From positions 1 through 37,536 of the forward strand of contig CAZRIP010000006.1 of assembly GCA_964600165.1 (NCBI GenBank): 37,536 bases of DNA. Direction: 5' to 3'. The notes below the pieces were generated by a model. The model searched no databases. It was not told where the DNA came from and saw nothing but the letters and a program-made list of their open reading frames with translations. A program made the position numbers and the translations under genes. The stretch is from an uncultured Elusimicrobia bacterium. GTDB taxonomy: Bacteria; Elusimicrobiota; Elusimicrobia; UBA1565; UBA9628. Shown in pieces: positions 1 to 8,765 of this stretch (within the stretch, counting starts at the first letter, position 1; each line of letters opens with the position of its first letter).

Positions 1-760
1 GCGAGAGCAGGTCGCCGCCGTGGCTGACGGCGACGAGCATGTTCGGGCGGATCGCCGCCGCGTGGATGTCGCCGTCGATCACGTCCTTCAACGCGCCGCC
101 CGACTCGCCCCAAGCCGCTTGGTTTTCCGGCGTGACGAACCAGAATTTCTCGTTGAAGGAGGCTTTCGCGCGATCGGCGAGCCCGTCGAGCTCGGCGTCG
201 CCGGTGAGCCGCGCGACAAAGCGCAGGCCCGAGTACCACAAAGCGTTGATCTCGACGGCCTTGCCGTCGCGCGGCGTGACGGGCCGGTCGCGGCCCTCGG
301 GATCGGCGTCCATCCACGTCGCCTGGCGCGGGCCCGTGATGAGCCCGTCTTGATCCATGAAGATCTTGTTGAAGCGTCCGTAGCGCTCGTAGCCCGTGCC
401 CGTCGCGTAATGCTCTACGATGGAGCGCAGCGTCGGCGCGAGCTCCTCGGCGAACGCGCGGTCGCCGGTCGCCTCGACGTATTTCTTGACCGCCTGGATG
501 AACCAGAGCGAGCCGTCGATCGTGTTGTACTCGGACTTTCCATCCGGGAAGATGCGGTTGGGGATCAGGCCGTCTTTTTCGAAGCGCGCGAAGCGGCGCA
601 GGCTCTCCTTGGCGTCGGCGTAGCGGCCCGTCGTGAGCAGCAGGCCCGGCAGCGAGACGAACGTGTCGCGGCCCCATTCTTCAAGGAACCAGTCCATGCT
701 CGCGGCCCAGATCTCGACCGACCCGCGCTCCTCATGGACAAATCGCGCCGCCGCGGCCTC
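1..760 (-). other. GDE_C / amylo-alpha-1,6-glucosidase-like domain (truncated by the window edge) inside the giant ORF
   Basis: Motifs typical of bacterial and archaeal glycogen-debranching GDE_C proteins: DWFLEEWGRDTFVSLPGLLLTTGRY, GLIPNRIFPDGKSEYNTIDGSLWFIQAV, WMDADPEGRDRPVTPRDGKAVEINALWY. Confidence 0.7.
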
Positions 761-3700
761 GAACGCGCCGAGCGCCGCCGACGGAGCCGCCCAGACGTCC
801 CCGTCGCGCAGCGCTCGATAGGCGCCGAGCTGCGCGCGGCGGTCGTCGCGGACGCGGCTCGAGACGTCGGGATCGCTCGGCAGCGGGATCCGGTAGCGCC
901 AGTACGATTTCCCGTCGCGCACTTCCTTGACCGGGAACGGATCGCCCCACTGGTCGCCGAGCGTGTACGCCGCGAAGACGGCCGAGCGGCCGTTGCCGGC
1001 GGGGCCCGCCGCGTCCATGAAGCGCCACGAGAAGCCCGGCGACCGGGGATCGTCGTGGCCGCTCACGCTGCGCCACTGGCCCTTGATCGTCACGAAGCCC
1101 AGGCGCTCGGCGTCGCCGCCCTTGCCCTCGAAAGCCTCGGCGACCGGCAGCGCGCCGGTCGGCTCGAAGACGGCGCGCAGCGCGCGCACGTAGTCGTCGC
1201 CCTTCTCGTCGCCGCTGGCGAGCTGGCCGTTGCCGAAATTGTAGGCGAAGTGCAGCGCGTCGGCGCGCGCGCCGTCGAAGCCGAACGAAAGCCAATGCTT
1301 GAAAGGCTCGACCGCGGGCCGGTAGCCTTCCTGCTGCAGCCGCGTCCAATCCCACAGCGCGAGATCGCCCCAATCCTCGTGCACCCATTGATTGACGACG
1401 CCGGGATTGCGGGTCTTCAAGTCCTTGAAGTATTGAGGATTCTTCCAGGCGTCGACGCCGTCCTTGGCCCGGAACATCGGGATGTCGAAGATCACCTTGC
1501 CGCCGTCGCGGTGGACCTCGTCGAGCGCGTCCTTGAGCTGCGCGTACGCGAGCCACTGGGCGAAGCGGCGGCGCGCGACGAGCCCCGCGAAGCGCGGATC
1601 GCCGCGCGAGCGCTCGACATCTTGCGGCTGCCACTGCGGCGCGGGCTTGCCGATGAGATCGGAGAGGGCCATGAACGCGGCGTAATCGTCGAGCCAGTAT
1701 GAATTCTCCGAGATGAAGGCTCGCAGAGCCGCGCCGCGCAGCGAGCCTTGATCGAATCTCCGCCATGCCGCGTCGGCGACCTCGGTCTCTCTCGCGCGCA
1801 CGGCGTCGTAATGGACGCTTTGGCGCTCGTCGAGGCTCGGAGCCGCGAGCTTCGCGAGGAGCGCCGGATCCGCGGCCACCTCGTCGACCTTCGCCCAGTC
1901 GACGTAATCCTCGTTGAGGGCGTAGAGGCTGACCGGAGCGTACGGGCTTTCCGCCTTGACCGCGAAGTGCGGGAGCAAATGAACGATCGACGCGCCTTCT
2001 TTCTTCAAGTCATCCCGATAATAGGGCCCGAGGTCCGTGAACTTGCCGACGCCCGGGTCGCCCTCGGCGCGGCGCAGCGCGTAAACGGGCAGCGTCACGG
2101 CCGATTGAAATTGAGAGGGATCGCGCCACCAAGAATCCCGCGGGACGACGGGCGCGGCGCTCTCGGCGTTCGCAAGAAGGGCCGTGGCAAGACCGGCCGC
2201 CTTGACGCCGTTCCAGAGAGAGCGCTTGGAGACGGCCGGGCCGCCGCCCTGAACGCGCTGGCGCGCCTCTTGCGCGAGCTCGCCCGCCTCGGCGGCGACG
2301 CGCGCCGGATCCGCGAGCCGCGCGGCGAGCAGCTCCCGCGCCTTCGCGGCGTCGACGAAGAGTCCCCCGCCGGCGTCGCGTCCCGAGGCGCCGGGCAGCG
2401 GCTCGAGAGTCTGGCGGACCAAGTTGCTCAGGTAGAGGAACCAGCCCGCGGGCAGCGGGCCCGCGGACGCGAAGCGCTCCGTCAGCGCCGCCAGTTTCTC
2501 GGCGCTGCCGCGCGCGGCCGCGCCCGTGCCGACCTTGGCGTTCTCGGGCGCGTCGGGATCGAGGGCCAGCTCGTCGACGAGATCGGACCAGGAGGCGGCG
2601 CGCCCGTCGCGGCCCGAGCGGCCCGAGTAGAACTGCAAGCCGGTGTCCTTGCCCGCCGCCGCGACGACGACGGGCAGCGCCGCGTCCGCCGGGGCCGCGA
2701 GCGTGCGCTCGCCCGGGCCCTCGTTGCCGGAGCCCGCGACGACGCCGACGTCGCTCAGCACGAGTCGATCGACGAGCCGCGAAAGCAGAGAAGGCGCGGA
2801 GGGATCGCTCAGCGACGCAGGCGCGCCGACCTCGATCGAGACGATCAGCGGCTGCTTCAGGGGATCGCGCGACGCCGCGAGCTTCTCGAGCCGCGCCGCC
2901 ACGGCGGCTTCCGAGATCCCGGTCTGCGTCGTGACGCGCTCGAGGAAAGGAGACGTGGACGGCTCGGGCTTCGAGCTCGGTGAAAGCGTATAGAGCGGCC
3001 GCGCGGCCGACGGCGTCAGGCCCAGCTTGCGCGCGGCGATCGAGAACGCGAAGAGCTTGTGCTCCGGCACGCTGATCCAGACCGCGCCGGAGAGCGGCAT
3101 GACGGCGCGCACCGTGCCTTCGAAGCGGGCGACGGCGGCCGCGAGCTCGGCGCCGATCAAAGGAGCGGCCTCCGCCTGCGGCTGGGAGTCGTCCCAGTAG
3201 CGCGGCGCGGCGGACGAAGGCGGCAGCGCGAGCAGAAGATCGACGGGCCCGAGCGCGGCGTCGACGCCCGCCACGCCGCGCCCCGACGGGTCCGGCACCG
3301 GAGTCGGCATGTCGAGCGGGACGTCCAGCGTCCGCGCGAGAAGATTGACGAGATCGCCCAGCGCTCCCGGCTGCTCGACGGCGGCCTTGTGCTTGAGCAC
3401 GAAGACGGTCGCCGTCGTCCTCAACGGCTCGCGGCTCAGCCGCTCGCGGACCGACTTGTCCTTGAGGGCGGCCGGGAAGAAGCGGTAGGCCGTGCGCGTG
3501 AGCGCGAGGTCGTCCATGCCGCTCGCGTTGAGCAGGTCCTCGATGACCTTGTCGCTGATCGCGGCCGGGGCGTCCGAGGCGACGTGGAAGAGCGACGCCG
3601 CCGCGAGGTGCCGGATGTTCTCGCGCTCCTTGAGATCGGCCACCTTGGCGGAAAGCAGCTCGGCGTCGGACGTCTCGGCGCGCGCGCCGAGCTCGCCCAG

Positions 3701-6700
3701 CAGCGCCGCGGCCGTATAGCGAGCGTACTTGTCGGGATTGGCGGCCTCCTTGGCGACGCGCGCGACGCCGCCGCGATCGCCGTGCCGCGCGAGCGCGTAC
3801 GCCGCGTAGACGCCGACGTCCCAGCGCGGGTCGGCCGCCGCTTTCTGCAGCAGCGCGTCGACGGCCCGGCCGGGGATCTCCGCCAGCGCGAGGAACGCGG
3901 CCTGACGGACCCGCGCGTCGGGATCGTTCAAAGCCGCCTCGCCGAGAACGAGAGCGGATTCCGGGGCCTTCAGATTCATCAGCGTGAAAGCCGCCTGGAA
4001 CCGGACCAGCCAGACGTCGTCCTTGAGCGCTTGCAGCAAGCCCGGCAGCGCGGCTTGGCGCTGCGCGGCGAAGCGCTTGACCTTTTCGGCGTACGCGGCG
4101 TCGCCCTGCTGGCGGCGCTGCTCGTCGCTCGTCTCGTCGTCCTCGTCGGCCGAGGAGTCCCCGTCGAAATGGGAGGCCGGGTCCGGTTTGGGGATCTCGA
4201 TCCCCTCGTAAGCCTTGTCCTCGAGGTCGAGCACCGCCTTGTAGCGCTCGAGCCACGCGAGCGCCTCCGGCTTGACCTTCGGCAGCGTCCAACCGAGCCC
4301 CGGGAGCCGCCCCGCGCGCAGCCGCAGCGCCGAGACGTCGTCGCCGAAGATCAGCTTCATCGCGGCCATGCCGCTGCCGACGCCCGCGCCCTGGCGTTGG
4401 ATCGGCAGCCCGAGATCGGTCGACGCGCGCATCGCGATCGCGTCCGTGACGAGCGGCAGGTTCTCGAAAACGAAGCTTCCGGGCGTGTAAAGTCCGGCCA
4501 GCTTCAAGGCCTTCTTGATGAGCGCCTGGTCCGCCGCGTCGCCCGGCGCGGCCATCGACGTGCCGGACATGCCCGTGTATTTGCGGTCGTTCGTGTCGGA
4601 CGGAGTCGGCGCCATGTCCTTGGACTTGACCGAGACGACGCCCCGCTTGTAGACGTTCGGGTCGCCGGGATCGGTGACGACGTCGCCGCCTTTCCACAAG
4701 CCGTGCGGGAAGAGATAAACGCGCCGGATCGGGTAGCGCCGGTCGAGCGAGAAGCCGACCGAGCTGAAGAACGGGATCTCCCACTTCTTGTCGTCGGGCG
4801 CGACGACGACCGCGCCGACGGAGCGCACGAAGCGGCCGGCGGCCGGCTGGCTCGCCGAGTCGCGGAAAGGTCCGGCGTTGCCCGCGCTCGCCACGACGAT
4901 CGTGTACTCCCCCTTGCCGTTCTTCTTGCGCGTGAGCGCGGAGAAGAAATCCGCGAGGTTCGAGTCCGCCGTGCCGCGCTGGCCCAAGCTCATGCTGATG
5001 ACGTCGACGCCGCGCTGGAAGCCGAGGGTCGCGCCGCCCATGATGTCGCCGTCGGAGGCGCCGGGGTTGTCCTTGCCGAACACCTTGGCCATCAGCACGC
5101 GCGCGCCGCGCGCGATCCCGCGATAGACCTTGTTGAGCGAGGCGACGATGCCCGTCGTGTGCGAGCCGTGGCCGATCCAGTCCTCCGGGCCCTCGTGGAC
5201 GATGTCCAGGACCTCGACGACGCTGCGTCCGTCCGGCAGCTGAAAAGCCTCGTGCGTGGCGTCGGCGCTGGTGTCGATGACCATGACCGTGCCGTCCTCG
5301 CCGGTGACGCCGAGCTGCCAGACCGGCGGGACCTCGTGGATCTCCGCCATGTCGGTCAAGTGCAGCTTGAAATTAGCGTCCGAATGCTCGACGTCCATCG
5401 CGCTGCGCGTGACGAACTGCTTGATCTCCGCGGCTTTGCGCCGGGGGATCGTCACGTAGATCTCTTGCCGGCCTTCGTCCTCGCCCCACACGCCTTTGAT
5501 CTCGACGTCGAGCTCGTCGAACCGCTTGAGATGCTCCTCGAAGCCCGCCTCGACGAGCGCGGCGCGCGCCGCGGCGCGGGACTCGGCCGTCGCGCTCGCG
5601 TCGCCCACGGACTTCTTGATCGAATGGCCCTCCGTCGGGCGCAGCCACAGCCCGACGCGCGCCTCGGCCTTGCGCAAGACGAGGACGTGGCTGCCGTCCT
5701 CGCGATCGACGCGCGCCACGCGAAATTCGCCGCCGTCCTCCGCCTCCCAATAGCGCAGCAGCCGCTCCCAGGTCGTCACGCCGGCGTCGGCCGGCCCGAA
5801 GGACAGGAACGCCATCCCCTTGTTCTCGAGCGAGGCGTAGAGGTTGTCGACCATGGAGGCGAGCGGCATGCCCTGGAGCCTCTTGGTCGCGATCGTGCGC
5901 CAGAATTGTCGGATGCGCCGCTCGAAATCGGCCGCGGCGCGCGCGTCGCGGCGGTCGAGGCGCGAGCCGCGCCGGCTGAGCAGGAGGAACTTCGCCTCGA
6001 ACTCCGTGCCCTTGAACGCGGCGGGATTGGCCGCGCGGTCCGTGGCGAGAAGGTAGAGATTATCGAGCTGCTTGAGCGTGGCGTCGAGCTGCTGGGCCTG
6101 CTCGGAGCCGCGCGCGGGCAGAAGCGAGAACGGCTTGCCGAGGACGACGGCGCCGAACTTGCGCGCGCGCTCGGGCTTGCCGAGCTCGCTCTGCGGCTCG
6201 GCCGTCTCGATCGTCTCGACCTTGGCTTGGCCGTCGGAGAGCGCCCGGTAGATCGACTCGTCCTTGAACTCGGCGGACTCCGGGTTGACGACGAGCACTC
6301 CGAACGGCCGGCCGAGCTTGAGCGAGCTTTGCGTCTGGCGCGCGACGCGCTCGATGAGCGGGACCTTGACGTCGCGCAGCTTGGCGGCGGGGCCGAGCTC
6401 CGCGAGCCGCGCGCCGAGGTCGCGCCGCGCGCGCTCGAGGAGCGAGAAGATCGAGCCGGCCGGCGGAGGACCGCGCGAGCGGTTCTGCTTCAGGTGGTGA
6501 AGCTCGTGGACCAAGACCATGCGCCGCAAGAGCGGCGTGAAGGCGAGCTCGGGGCGCAGATAGACGGTGTCGCCCACCGCGTAGCCGAGGCCGAAGCCGC
6601 GGCCCGAGAGGTCCGGCTTGACGAGCTCGGCGACGCCGGCGTCGAGATGGCCCGCGAGGACGTCTTTTTGCAGCGCCGACTTGAGGTCGGCCGCGCGGGC

Positions 6701-7555
6701 GCCGCGGCCCTTGAATCGGGCGTAAGCATAGTAGCCCAGGTCTATCAGAGCGAGGCCGCCGAAGATCGCGCCCGCACCCGCGAACGCGCTCGCCGCCGTC
6801 GCGGCGACGACCGACAACGCGCCCACGGGATGGCCGATCGAGACCGCGGCGATGCCGACCTTGCCGAGGAAGATCGAGAGCGCGCCGACGCCGACCGCGG
6901 CCGACCCCGCGAGCGCGGCGAGCTTGGCCGGCAGGCCCGGAGAGCGGTTTTCTCGATTCGCGATTCGCCCCGCGACCGGCGAATACATACTATGGGCGCC
7001 CATAGCGTGTGCTCGCTCGTCGAGGCGGACGGAAGAAGCGGGCGGGTTGGCGACGACCGATTCACCTGCAGACGCCGCGCCCTGCTCGCCGATCTGCCGG
7101 ATGAAATCGTCCGACGCCGCGCCGCGGGCGCTGTCCCCCGCCGATTCGGCGGGCAACTGCGAAAGCACTGTCGGCGCGGCGAGGCGCTGGAGGTCGCCCG
7201 CGAACGCTTGCGCGCGCGCCGACTTCGCATCCGCCATGCGGCGGATGACGAGAGGCGCCTGCGCGCTCGCCGCAGCTTGAACGGCCGCCGCTTGGGGCGC
7301 CACGAGCGCGGCGACGGCCCAAGGCGAAAGCGAGACGTTCGCGATGGAGACGTCGACGGCAGCAAGCTTGCTCAAGTCGCCGACCGGCGCCAGCGGCGCC
7401 TGGTTGACGGGCAAAACCGGGACGACCTCGATGACGGGCGCGGAGCCCCGTCCGGTCGTCTCGGCGGCGGCGGCCTGCCAGGCTTGCGGCCCGGCCGAGG
7501 ACGCCAAAAGCGAGAGCGTCAGCAGCGACGCCGTCGCCTTGCGCAGCTTGAGCAC
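1..7555 (-). CDS. Giant secreted multidomain protein, C-terminus beyond the window (at least 2518 aa). Order of parts: signal peptide, two predicted TM helices, HExxHxxQ motif, S8 subtilase, HEAT-like repeats, degenerate S8-like segment, GH77 4-alpha-glucanotransferase, GDE_C amylo-alpha-1,6-glucosidase.
   Basis: Manual block-by-block translation of the minus strand found no stop codon from 7555 down to 1. The frame is constant and GC3 is high over most of it. The start is a GTG at 7555..7553, 7 nt after AAGGA, directly after in-frame TAA/TGA stops, and it encodes MLKLRKATASLLTLSLLASSAGPQAW, which reads as a Sec signal peptide. Recognisable motifs are VMVIDTSAD, GHGSHTTGIVAS, VVASAGNAGP and GMSGTSMAAP (S8 D/H/N/S), plus VHELHHLKQ. 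The HEAT-like stretch contains NDPDARVRQAAFLALAEIPG. The GH77 region aligns with Thermus amylomaltase blocks (YWLDDYAAFMAL, IFDIPMF, DWGDLALWDW, FGFDGARADALHF, LPVAEAFEG, GHDD). The GDE_C region contains WFLEEWGRDTFVSLPGLLLTTGRYADAKESL, GLIPNRIFPDG and WMDADPEGRDRPVTPRDGKAVEINALWY. The ORF track omits this frame only because no stop lies inside the window. Confidence 0.7.
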   Translation of the reverse strand, partial: MLKLRKATASLLTLSLLASSAGPQAWQAAAAETTGRGSAPVIEVVPVLPVNQAPLAPVGDLSKLAAVDVSIANVSLSPWAVAALVAPQAAAVQAAASAQAPLVIRRMADAKSARAQAFAGDLQRLAAPTVLSQLPAESAGDSARGAASDDFIRQIGEQGAASAGESVVANPPASSVRLDERAHAMGAHSMYSPVAGRIANRENRSPGLPAKLAALAGSAAVGVGALSIFLGKVGIAAVSIGHPVGALSVVAATAASAFAGAGAIFGGLALIDLGYYAYARFKGRGARAADLKSALQKDVLAGHLDAGVAELVKPDLSGRGFGLGYAVGDTVYLRPELAFTPLLRRMVLVHELHHLKQNRSRGPPPAGSIFSLLERARRDLGARLAELGPAAKLRDVKVPLIERVARQTQSSLKLGRPFGVLVVNPESAEFKDESIYRALSDGQAKVETIETAEPQSELGKPERARKFGAVVLGKPFSLLPARGSEQAQQLDATLKQLDNLYLLATDRAANPAAFKGTEFEAKFLLLSRRGSRLDRRDARAAADFERRIRQFWRTIATKRLQGMPLASMVDNLYASLENKGMAFLSFGPADAGVTTWERLLRYWEAEDGGEFRVARVDREDGSHVLVLRKAEARVGLWLRPTEGHSIKKSVGDASATAESRAAARAALVEAGFEEHLKRFDELDVEIKGVWGEDEGRQEIYVTIPRRKAAEIKQFVTRSAMDVEHSDANFKLHLTDMAEIHEVPPVWQLGVTGEDGTVMVIDTSADATHEAFQLPDGRSVVEVLDIVHEGPEDWIGHGSHTTGIVASLNKVYRGIARGARVLMAKVFGKDNPGASDGDIMGGATLGFQRGVDVISMSLGQRGTADSNLADFFSALTRKKNGKGEYTIVVASAGNAGPFRDSASQPAAGRFVRSVGAVVVAPDDKKWEIPFFSSVGFSLDRRYPIRRVYLFPHGLWKGGDVVTDPGDPNVYKRGVVSVKSKDMAPTPSDTNDRKYTGMSGTSMAAPGDAADQALIKKALKLAGLYTPGSFVFENLPLVTDAIAMRASTDLGLPIQRQGAGVGSGMAAMKLIFGDDVSALRLRAGRLPGLGWTLPKVKPEALAWLERYKAVLDLEDKAYEGIEIPKPDPASHFDGDSSADEDDETSDEQRRQQGDAAYAEKVKRFAAQRQAALPGLLQALKDDVWLVRFQAAFTLMNLKAPESALVLGEAALNDPDARVRQAAFLALAEIPGRAVDALLQKAAADPRWDVGVYAAYALARHGDRGGVARVAKEAANPDKYARYTAAALLGELGARAETSDAELLSAKVADLKERENIRHLAAASLFHVASDAPAAISDKVIEDLLNASGMDDLALTRTAYRFFPAALKDKSVRERLSREPLRTTATVFVLKHKAAVEQPGALGDLVNLLARTLDVPLDMPTPVPDPSGRGVAGVDAALGPVDLLLALPPSSAAPRYWDDSQPQAEAAPLIGAELAAAVARFEGTVRAVMPLSGAVWISVPEHKLFAFSIAARKLGLTPSAARPLYTLSPSSKPEPSTSPFLERVTTQTGISEAAVAARLEKLAASRDPLKQPLIVSIEVGAPASLSDPSAPSLLSRLVDRLVLSDVGVVAGSGNEGPGERTLAAPADAALPVVVAAAGKDTGLQFYSGRSGRDGRAASWSDLVDELALDPDAPENAKVGTGAAARGSAEKLAALTERFASAGPLPAGWFLYLSNLVRQTLEPLPGASGRDAGGGLFVDAAKARELLAARLADPARVAAEAGELAQEARQRVQGGGPAVSKRSLWNGVKAAGLATALLANAESAAPVVPRDSWWRDPSQFQSAVTLPVYALRRAEGDPGVGKFTDLGPYYRDDLKKEGASIVHLLPHFAVKAESPYAPVSLYALNEDYVDWAKVDEVAADPALLAKLAAPSLDERQSVHYDAVRARETEVADAAWRRFDQGSLRGAALRAFISENSYWLDDYAAFMALSDLIGKPAPQWQPQDVERSRGDPRFAGLVARRRFAQWLAYAQLKDALDEVHRDGGKVIFDIPMFRAKDGVDAWKNPQYFKDLKTRNPGVVNQWVHEDWGDLALWDWTRLQQEGYRPAVEPFKHWLSFGFDGARADALHFAYNFGNGQLASGDEKGDDYVRALRAVFEPTGALPVAEAFEGKGGDAERLGFVTIKGQWRSVSGHDDPRSPGFSWRFMDAAGPAGNGRSAVFAAYTLGDQWGDPFPVKEVRDGKSYWRYRIPLPSDPDVSSRVRDDRRAQLGAYRALRDGDVWAAPSAALGAFEAAAARFVHEERGSVEIWAASMDWFLEEWGRDTFVSLPGLLLTTGRYADAKESLRRFARFEKDGLIPNRIFPDGKSEYNTIDGSLWFIQAVKKYVEATGDRAFAEELAPTLRSIVEHYATGTGYERYGRFNKIFMDQDGLITGPRQATWMDADPEGRDRPVTPRDGKAVEINALWYSGLRFVARLTGDAELDGLADRAKASFNEKFWFVTPENQAAWGESGGALKDVIDGDIHAAAIRPNMLVAVSHGGDLLS
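1000..2110 (-). other. GH77 4-alpha-glucanotransferase (amylomaltase-like) domain inside the giant ORF
   Basis: Collinear similarity to Thermus aquaticus amylomaltase blocks, as recalled from memory: LPVYALRRAEGDPGVGKF..LPHF, YWLDDYAAFMALSD, QWLAYAQLKDALDEVH..IFDIPMF, DWGDLALWDW, FGFDGARAD (putative nucleophile Asp at 1276..1274), LPVAEAFEG, SGHDD. Confidence 0.75.
3400..4040 (-). other. HEAT / PBS-lyase-like repeat region inside the giant ORF
   Basis: Repeated helical units of the form DPDARVRQAAFLALAEIPGRAVDALLQKAAADPRWDVGVYAAYALARHGD and similar, preceded by an acidic linker (DEDDETSDEQRRQQ). Confidence 0.55.
4480..5300 (-). other. Peptidase S8 (subtilisin-like) catalytic domain inside the giant ORF
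   Basis: Catalytic Asp is in VIDTSAD (codon 5275..5273). Catalytic His is in GHGSH (5170..5168). Oxyanion Asn region is SAGNAGP (around 4885). Catalytic Ser is in GTSMAAP (4558..4556). The order D-H-N-S matches subtilases. Confidence 0.8.
6494..6508 (-). other. HExxH (HELHH, then KQ) putative zinc-binding motif after the TM pair in the giant ORF; resembles DUF4157-type HExxHxxQ
   Basis: Translation ...LRPELAFTPLLRRMVLVHELHHLKQNR. There is no further Zn-ligand evidence, so the metallopeptidase assignment is tentative. Confidence 0.35.
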
Positions 7556-7583
7556 GAAGCAGTCCTTTTGCGGCTGGATTTAA

Positions 7584-8765
7584 CTACTGAATGAAAATCA
7601 AAGTAGGCGCGGCGTCGGCCGTGCGCGGAGGCCCGCTGAACATCTCCTTGCGGGCCTGCTGCGGCAAGGCGACCGGGTACGAGCTCGCGCGCTCGGGCTT
7701 CGAGCGCTTTTTGACGACGGGCGCGGCGGCGGCGCGCGCGGAATCGACGAAATCGTCCTCGCCGCGCGGCTTGGGCCGCGACGACGCGTAAGACGACGGG
7801 CCCGAGCCGCTGCCGATGTGGATCGGCAGCGCGAAACCGCACTGGGCGATCCACGCCTTTCCCGAGTCGACGCCGCCCGCCTTGACCTCGGCGTTGAAGA
7901 AGAAATTGACCCAGCTGTGCTGGTACCCGGAACCCAAGATCAAGCGGCCTTGGTTCTGCTCGGGCTTGCGGCTCGAGTCGCCGGCCCACGGCGCGATCAG
8001 ATCGTGCTCCGGATCGGCCTCGAGACGGGCGTGGACCGAGCCGGTGACGTGGTTGTAGCCGAGGCCGGCGAACGGCGTGAAGCGGCCGAAGTTTTGGCTG
8101 ACGACGGCGTTCAAGCCGTAGCTGTTGACGTTCCAGCGCAGCCCGCCGTTGATGTCGATGGTGTCCGTGAAGCCGAGGTCGTTGACCGGGATGGACGTCT
8201 TGTAAGCGAAGTTTCCGTAGACGTAGTTGTAGTTCGCGGCGAGCGAGACGAGCGGCAGCTCTTCGCCGAGGAAATGCTTGCGCAGCGTGAAGCCGAGCGA
8301 GTTCGACTGGCCCTTGGCCGTCGTCGTCGGCGAAAGCTTGTAGCCCGGCGGCGTCGTCATGTTCGCGCCGCGGACCGCGAAGTCCATCCGATACGGCAAG
8401 CCGCCGCGCAAGTGCATGACCAGGTTCGGGAACAGCACCGAGGACGGGAAGACCGATTCGGGATGGGCGTCGGAGATCTGCTGGGTCTGCATCACCGGGA
8501 ACTTCGACTTGTCGAGCGGCATATGGCCGACGCCCAGGCTGACGTCGGGCTGAAGGCGCTTGTCGATCACTTCGTGCGGCGGGTCGAACGACTCGCCGGC
8601 GTTAAACCCGAGGCCTTTGACGAGTTCCCCGCTGAGCCAGTCCGTGATGTTCTGGAAGTCGGTCCCGGCGTCGGGGTTGGCGCGCGCGGGGGTACCGGAA
8701 AAGCCGAGCGCCGCGACCAGGAGAGCCGTCGCGGCGCGTCGGGCCTTCCCGGCGCGAGCCTCCAT
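7584..8765 (-). CDS. Putative outer-membrane beta-barrel protein with an N-terminal signal peptide
   Basis: MEARAGKARRAATALLVAALGFSGTPARA is a signal peptide. The body is rich in alternating aromatic and Gly residues (NYNYVYGNFAYKTS, GLRWNVNSYGLNAVVSQNFGRFTPFAGLGYNH). Its ATG immediately follows the TAG stop of the upstream small ORF. The C-terminal 70 aa are low-complexity, so the 3' end is less certain. Confidence 0.6.
   Translation of the reverse strand: MEARAGKARRAATALLVAALGFSGTPARANPDAGTDFQNITDWLSGELVKGLGFNAGESFDPPHEVIDKRLQPDVSLGVGHMPLDKSKFPVMQTQQISDAHPESVFPSSVLFPNLVMHLRGGLPYRMDFAVRGANMTTPPGYKLSPTTTAKGQSNSLGFTLRKHFLGEELPLVSLAANYNYVYGNFAYKTSIPVNDLGFTDTIDINGGLRWNVNSYGLNAVVSQNFGRFTPFAGLGYNHVTGSVHARLEADPEHDLIAPWAGDSSRKPEQNQGRLILGSGYQHSWVNFFFNAEVKAGGVDSGKAWIAQCGFALPIHIGSGSGPSSYASSRPKPRGEDDFVDSARAAAAPVVKKRSKPERASSYPVALPQQARKEMFSGPPRTADAAPTLIFIQ

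Noticed and set aside
20-1702. 560-aa plus-strand ORF and the overlapping 732..1766 minus ORF
   Set aside because: Both are artefacts. The real coding frame is a third one, on the minus strand, which encodes the GDE_C and GH77 motifs and is unlisted because its stop lies outside the window.
2010-4784. 924-aa minus-strand ORF
   Set aside because: It is in a different minus frame from the motif-bearing, stop-free frame. The translation is Arg/Gly-rich junk, and it ends at a stop that the real frame reads through.
3059-7594. 1511-aa plus-strand ORF, the longest ORF in the track
   Set aside because: The translation is Arg/Ala/Asp-rich with no motifs. It lies antisense to the codon-biased minus-strand frame that carries the subtilase and HEAT motifs, so it is a typical high-GC antisense ghost ORF.
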